From the NCBI GenBank assembly GCA_041483895.1, contig JBGPGO010000009.1, positions 1 through 64,000 of the forward strand: a stretch of 64,000 nucleotides of DNA. The letters run 5' to 3'. Under the pieces are notes generated by a model, which had not been told where the DNA came from, made no database searches, and worked only from the letters and a program-made list of their open reading frames with translations. Position 1 is the first letter of the stretch; each line of letters opens with the position of its first letter. Source of the DNA: Fimbriimonadia bacterium. Lineage in GTDB: Bacteria > Armatimonadota > Fimbriimonadia > Fimbriimonadales > JABRVX01. The position numbers and the translations under genes were made by a program. Below are positions 60,119 through 64,000 of this stretch, one piece after another.

Positions 60119-60733
60119 TCAGGTGCTAACGAGTTGTCTCAGGCGTTGGCGGACGGCGCGTTTGGCCTCGCGGGCGGCGCCGTCGGAGATGTGCAGGGCA
60201 GAACAGATGGCCGCGTTCACCTCGTCGTCTGGCACAGTGAGGAGGAGGCGCGCGATCAGACGTTGACGCGGGTTGAGGGATGACTGTGCGGCGGTGATGC
60301 GATTCAGTACACGTTCCGTGTCCAACTCCCCAATGAGTTCACCTTCCCAATCTTGGGGGTCTGGCAGATCAAAGGTTCCCGTCTCGGCCATCTCGTCCAC
60401 GCTGACCATCTCGGCCTTCGCGGTCCGCTCCGATTCGCGGCGCAACTTGCTGAGCGCAAGGAAGGAGGCCTGCTTTTGCACTAGCGAGCGGAATTCCGCG
60501 TATGTTCCGGTCTCTTCGAAGCACTGGCACTTCGCCGCGCCGGCCCATACCTTCTCAAACGTCTCGGCAACCAGATCTTCAATCTCGCCCCGCAGCTTGG
60601 GGTAGTTCTGCCAGAGGGTTTTCGCGAGGTGGCTGCGCTCGGCGCGGACCAGTTGATCCATCGCCCGCCCGGCCTCGTCACCCCCGGCCCGTATTTGGGC
60701 CGCTAGTACAGAAAATCTTGTTTCGATTTCCAT
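60119..60733 (-). CDS. Divergent ECF-like sigma-70 factor
   Basis: Region-2-like A...L....R..L......IEDLVAETFEKVW; region-4-like SSLNPRQRLI...ICSALHIS.GAAR..KRAVRQRLR; AGGGAG RBS. Confidence 0.72.
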   Translation of the reverse strand: MEIETRFSVLAAQIRAGGDEAGRAMDQLVRAERSHLAKTLWQNYPKLRGEIEDLVAETFEKVWAGAAKCQCFEETGTYAEFRSLVQKQASFLALSKLRRESERTAKAEMVSVDEMAETGTFDLPDPQDWEGELIGELDTERVLNRITAAQSSLNPRQRLIARLLLTVPDDEVNAAICSALHISDGAAREAKRAVRQRLRQLVST

Positions 60734-60765
60734 CTTCTTACTCCCTTGTGATGGCGGATGACCGA

Positions 60766-60915
60766 TCAGTCGCCGATCAGGTCGCCATCCCCCTTTCCCT
60801 TGCCGATGGTCAGGTGGGAGATATCGGACTTGCCTTTGTGTGGCTGGGCGAACGATGTGGACACGATGCCAACCCAGACGATTGCGGCAATGAGCAGCAG
60901 TTTCAAGATTTTCAT
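60766..60915 (-). CDS. Small secreted peptide (49 aa), below the ORF-track cutoff
   Basis: GAGGAGG RBS, ATGA overlap with the TPR gene stop; MKILKLLLIAAIVWVGIVSTSFA|QPHKGKSDISHLTIGKGKGDGDLIGD. Confidence 0.75.
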   Translation of the reverse strand: MKILKLLLIAAIVWVGIVSTSFAQPHKGKSDISHLTIGKGKGDGDLIGD

Positions 60916-61628
60916 ATTCGGCCTCCTCGGTACTTCACATGAAGCGCGGTGTACTTTTCCTTCGCGTGTCCTGATAGTATCTCAAAATCGTTGTTTTTGC
61001 CAGCCTCTTTTAGCGTGGCGTTCGATTCTTCGGCCCGGTCCAGCAGGTGGAGAATGCCCCATAGCTCCAGCCTCCAGGCGGTGTTGCCAGGGTCGATCTC
61101 CAGCGCCTTGCGGGTCAATTCGGCTGCCTTTTGCAGCTTCGCTGCTTCAATCTCTTCGACGCCCTGTTGGGTCAAAAGTTCTGCCAGGTTTCGATAAGCC
61201 GGTCCAAGGACGCTGTCGGTCTCCGGGGTTCTGTCCGCGGCGAATTGTTGGATGAGGTTTTCCAGCAAACGCCCGCACTCTTGCCAGCCTTCTCTCGATG
61301 CTTCGTGGAGGTAGGCGAGGGCCAGGTTGCTCTTCGCCGGCGCATAGTCCTCGATGGCCAGGCATTTCTTATAGGCCTCGATGGCTTCCATCATGCGGTC
61401 TTCGCGCACGGCCTGGTTGCCTTCTCGGTAGGCGGCGAGGGCTTCGGGTGATTGGGGAGCGGGGAAGATGCGCTTCCACTCATAATCCGTTTGGGTCTCG
61501 AACCGCTGCTGGAACTCGGCGTCGAGGGGCTCCTCGCCGACGGGCCGCCCTTCGCGGATGGCGAATTGGGCGGTGTAGCTGTCCCTTTTTTTCTCTTTGG
61601 TGGTCGGCATTTCCGGTTCCTCTGGCAC
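60912..61628 (-). CDS. Cytoplasmic TPR-repeat protein
   Basis: GN.A......EAIEAYKKCLAI..YAPAKSNLALAY, AYRNLAEL, TRKALEIDPGN; GAGGAG RBS; no signal peptide. Confidence 0.82.
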   Translation of the reverse strand: MPEEPEMPTTKEKKRDSYTAQFAIREGRPVGEEPLDAEFQQRFETQTDYEWKRIFPAPQSPEALAAYREGNQAVREDRMMEAIEAYKKCLAIEDYAPAKSNLALAYLHEASREGWQECGRLLENLIQQFAADRTPETDSVLGPAYRNLAELLTQQGVEEIEAAKLQKAAELTRKALEIDPGNTAWRLELWGILHLLDRAEESNATLKEAGKNNDFEILSGHAKEKYTALHVKYRGGRI

Positions 61629-61645
61629 TTCTGCTCCACTCCTCT

Positions 61646-61671
61646 TGACGCAGGGTTCTTTCGGGGCGTCA
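61646..61671 (-). promoter_or_regulatory. TGACGC-N14-GCGTCA dyad directly upstream of the TPR gene RBS (ECF promoter or operator candidate)
   Basis: Perfect 6-bp inverted repeat; the downstream half reads CGTCAA, as in many ECF -10 elements. Confidence 0.4.
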
Positions 61672-61806
61672 GGGGGATTTTATCTTTTTTTACGTTTTTG
61701 GCGGATTCAGCGCCGGGGTCTGGGTTAGGGGCACGTGGGAAGTGGTCGGTAGGAGTGAACCCCGGCGCATCCACACTTTGGCACGCTGACCCTCGGCTCC
61801 AGAGTG

Positions 61807-61837
61807 AAGCCCCGAACCCTAGGGTTCGGGGCTTTTT
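61807..61837. terminator. 28-bp perfect palindrome, terminator-like
   Basis: AAGCCCCGAACCCT|AGGGTTCGGGGCTT followed by further Ts on the plus strand; lies just downstream of the GYD gene stop. Confidence 0.7.
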
Positions 61838-61847
61838 CGAATCGTAA

Positions 61848-62138
61848 CTACAAATCAGCAATCATTTTAGATACTTCCGCGCCGTCGAATGCGCGGAGGG
61901 TTTTCGTCCGAACGTTGCCTTGCGCCGCAACGCTGGCAACCGCTTTCATGGCTGCCTCCTCATTGGGCGCGCTGATGATAGTGATAACGTCGTACTCGCC
62001 CATCGTCCAAAGCAAGGTTTCAACCTTTGCGCCGTATTTGGCTACGGCCCTGGTGAAGTCTTCGGCCCGCTTGACGGTATCTTTGATGTTCTTAACTCCC
62101 TGATCGGTCCAATTGACCAACGTGACGTATTTCGCCAT
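61848..62138 (-). CDS. GYD-domain protein
   Basis: MAKYVTLVNWTDQGVKNIK...WTMGEYD...GNVRTKTLRAF; AGGAGG RBS. Confidence 0.92.
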   Translation of the reverse strand: MAKYVTLVNWTDQGVKNIKDTVKRAEDFTRAVAKYGAKVETLLWTMGEYDVITIISAPNEEAAMKAVASVAAQGNVRTKTLRAFDGAEVSKMIADL

Positions 62139-63591
62139 GGTAGGCCTCCTTTGATTGGTGCTTCGACGGCGTTTCCTTCCATCCTGCCAGTTTGAGGGCG
62201 ATATAGACCAGGCCGGCGGAGGAGGCGTAGTTGGCGTTGACCTGCCGTTTGGTGTCGGGGTTGATCCATTCGAAGGGCGCGCCTTGCTCGCGATGGGTGC
62301 GGATGTGGGCGATGTATTCCGACAACAGCTTTTCCGCCGCCTTGCGATCGACTTTTGATAGGGCAACGATCAGCCAGCCGGTCGGCGTCGCCCAATATCC
62401 GCCATTCTGATATTCGTCCTTGCCCGAGCTCGATCGCTCCCAATACTCGCCGCGTGGGAGATGCCGCACCTGGCCCTCTTGCACAATGGCTCCGCTGGTG
62501 TACAGCGCCAATAGATGCCGGCTGACCGCGAGGGATTCTTTTTTCGGAAGCACGTTGAGGAAGACCGCGAACGCCGACGCCCAGATGTCGTCCTGCCGAC
62601 CTAGATCTGTGGCGGAGATCATCATCGCCTCGCCGCTTTTCGTCGGCTGATAGAATGTCTTGACGATGCTCTTCTGGATCGTTTTGGCGATTGCTCGAAA
62701 TTTCGATGGGCGGTGGGATTCTTCCGATAGCTCCGCAAGGCGCACGGCCGCCTGCCAGCGCAACAGCGACGGCATGAGACATAGCCCCGATTTCCGGACT
62801 GAATCGCAGAATCCCCAATCCACCCGCCACTCAGTCTTGTCACACTGTACCAATCCTGTCGCCGGATCGGAGGCGACCGAATCAAATGCTTTCTCACACA
62901 CATCGTACAGATGCTGTTCGCCCCATCCAGTTTTCACGCTGCTCCTATAGAACGTTGTATCATGAGACAAGCGGTACTGCTCATACACCATCTGGATGAA
63001 ATAGTATGCGTCGTCTGCCGGCGGCAGAATGCCATAGCTCCCCACGCCTTGATCCACGTATGCGCCGGGATACCAGCATGCCTCGCCCTTAAGTGTGATA
63101 TGGTCGGGGATGCAGTATGCCGGTATGCGCAGACCATGATCGAACGAAAGCCCTTTCGGGCCGGGCTGGGTGGCCGCGACGACGCGAATCCAACCCTCGA
63201 CCTCCTTTTGCGGCACGAGGTCCGCGCCGAGCATCATGGCCGCGTCGCGGATCCAAAAGGCGGGGTAGTAGTTCCGGGTCCCTCCGGGAACGCGTAGCGC
63301 GTACCCCGTCGTGTTGCGGCCAGTCCCCGCGATTTCCGCCCCCGCCTCTACCATTGCCGAATCCACAACTTCGTGGGCGATGCGGTGGAGATAGTCGAGA
63401 TCGGAATCGATCCTCGCCGGCGAAATCTTATCGCGGTTAGAGGCGGCGTGAAGCATGCATGCGTGGACCGTAACCATGAATAACACGTATCGTGTGGCAG
63501 ACTGGCGCAGCGAGCAAGAATGTGACGCGATCAGCTTTGGAAGTTCGTCGCTTTTGTTCGGAAGCAAGTCAAGCATCTCCGGATGATTCAT
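62092..63591 (-). CDS. Six-hairpin (alpha/alpha)6 glycosidase-like protein
   Basis: YPAFWIRDAAM, DWGFCD, YQNGGYW, PFEWI; true start probably near 63480. Confidence 0.72.
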   Translation of the reverse strand: MNHPEMLDLLPNKSDELPKLIASHSCSLRQSATRYVLFMVTVHACMLHAASNRDKISPARIDSDLDYLHRIAHEVVDSAMVEAGAEIAGTGRNTTGYALRVPGGTRNYYPAFWIRDAAMMLGADLVPQKEVEGWIRVVAATQPGPKGLSFDHGLRIPAYCIPDHITLKGEACWYPGAYVDQGVGSYGILPPADDAYYFIQMVYEQYRLSHDTTFYRSSVKTGWGEQHLYDVCEKAFDSVASDPATGLVQCDKTEWRVDWGFCDSVRKSGLCLMPSLLRWQAAVRLAELSEESHRPSKFRAIAKTIQKSIVKTFYQPTKSGEAMMISATDLGRQDDIWASAFAVFLNVLPKKESLAVSRHLLALYTSGAIVQEGQVRHLPRGEYWERSSSGKDEYQNGGYWATPTGWLIVALSKVDRKAAEKLLSEYIAHIRTHREQGAPFEWINPDTKRQVNANYASSAGLVYIALKLAGWKETPSKHQSKEAYHGEIRHVGQLDRSGS

Positions 63592-64000
63592 GGCCGAACT
63601 GCCGCATCATTTCGACCAGATCATCAGACATGTGGAAACTTGTCTTACGCAATTTCGTCAGTGCATCTGGAAAGTCGATGAGCCGTTGCTGGCCGGCGAT
63701 TCTGAGGACGCCGAGTGTGCCGATTACCTTTATCCCTTGCCGCTCGGCTACCGCCCTGGCGGCGAGCTCATCAACGATAAGACCTACGCCGAGATCAATT
63801 GCCAATGCGATAGCTGCCGCTTCGCCGGCGCCAAGGGCCGGAAATCTCGATGCATCTCCCTCTCGCACGTCAATCCAATCAGGAAGTTTCGATACCCACA
63901 CCTGAACCGCCTGTGGAGTCCGTGGATGCGAAAGCTCCGTAATCACTTGTGTTGGTACCACAATTGAACCGAAGATCGAGTGCAAAAGCCCGATGAAGTC
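63569..64000 (-). CDS. DUF3368 PIN-like nucleic-acid-binding protein (5' end outside window)
   Basis: IVVP.QV..EL, LGAGEAAAIALA, LIVDE..AR..A...G..VIGTLGVL. Confidence 0.88.
   Translation of the reverse strand, partial: DFIGLLHSIFGSIVVPTQVITELSHPRTPQAVQVWVSKLPDWIDVREGDASRFPALGAGEAAAIALAIDLGVGLIVDELAARAVAERQGIKVIGTLGVLRIAGQQRLIDFPDALTKLRKTSFHMSDDLVEMMRQFGHESSGDA

Overview
GC-rich bacterial chromosomal window. It is probably from an Armatimonadota-like organism, inferred from tandem prepilin/H-X9-DG (DUF1559-type) genes, PEP-CTERM proteins and dockerin-like C-terminal domains. Core genes (folC, gatB, yggT-divIVA-DUF167, surE, pfkA, tRNA-Thr) are interspersed with accessory loci: glycoside hydrolases, an RtcB/archease RNA-repair operon, a type III restriction-modification system and toxin-antitoxin genes. 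Most notable signals: (1) an unannotated 49-aa secreted-peptide gene translationally coupled to a TPR gene and followed by an ECF-like sigma factor (Rap/Phr- or AimR/AimP-like architecture, 60.1-61.6 kb); (2) an ECF sigma / zinc anti-sigma / TPR-CHAT protease operon with a duplicated bipartite promoter-like motif and a candidate sRNA downstream; (3) an exported TlpA-type selenoprotein (in-frame UGA, UxxC, SECIS-like hairpin) next to its Cys paralogue; (4) one palindromic repeat family inserted in-frame in three different enzymes; (5) repeated duplication of gene 3' ends at insertion sites; (6) apparently pervasive leaderless genes (TAnnnT 6 nt before the start codon). All family calls come from motif recognition by eye; no database search was run. 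Many start codons were re-chosen relative to the supplied ORF track.
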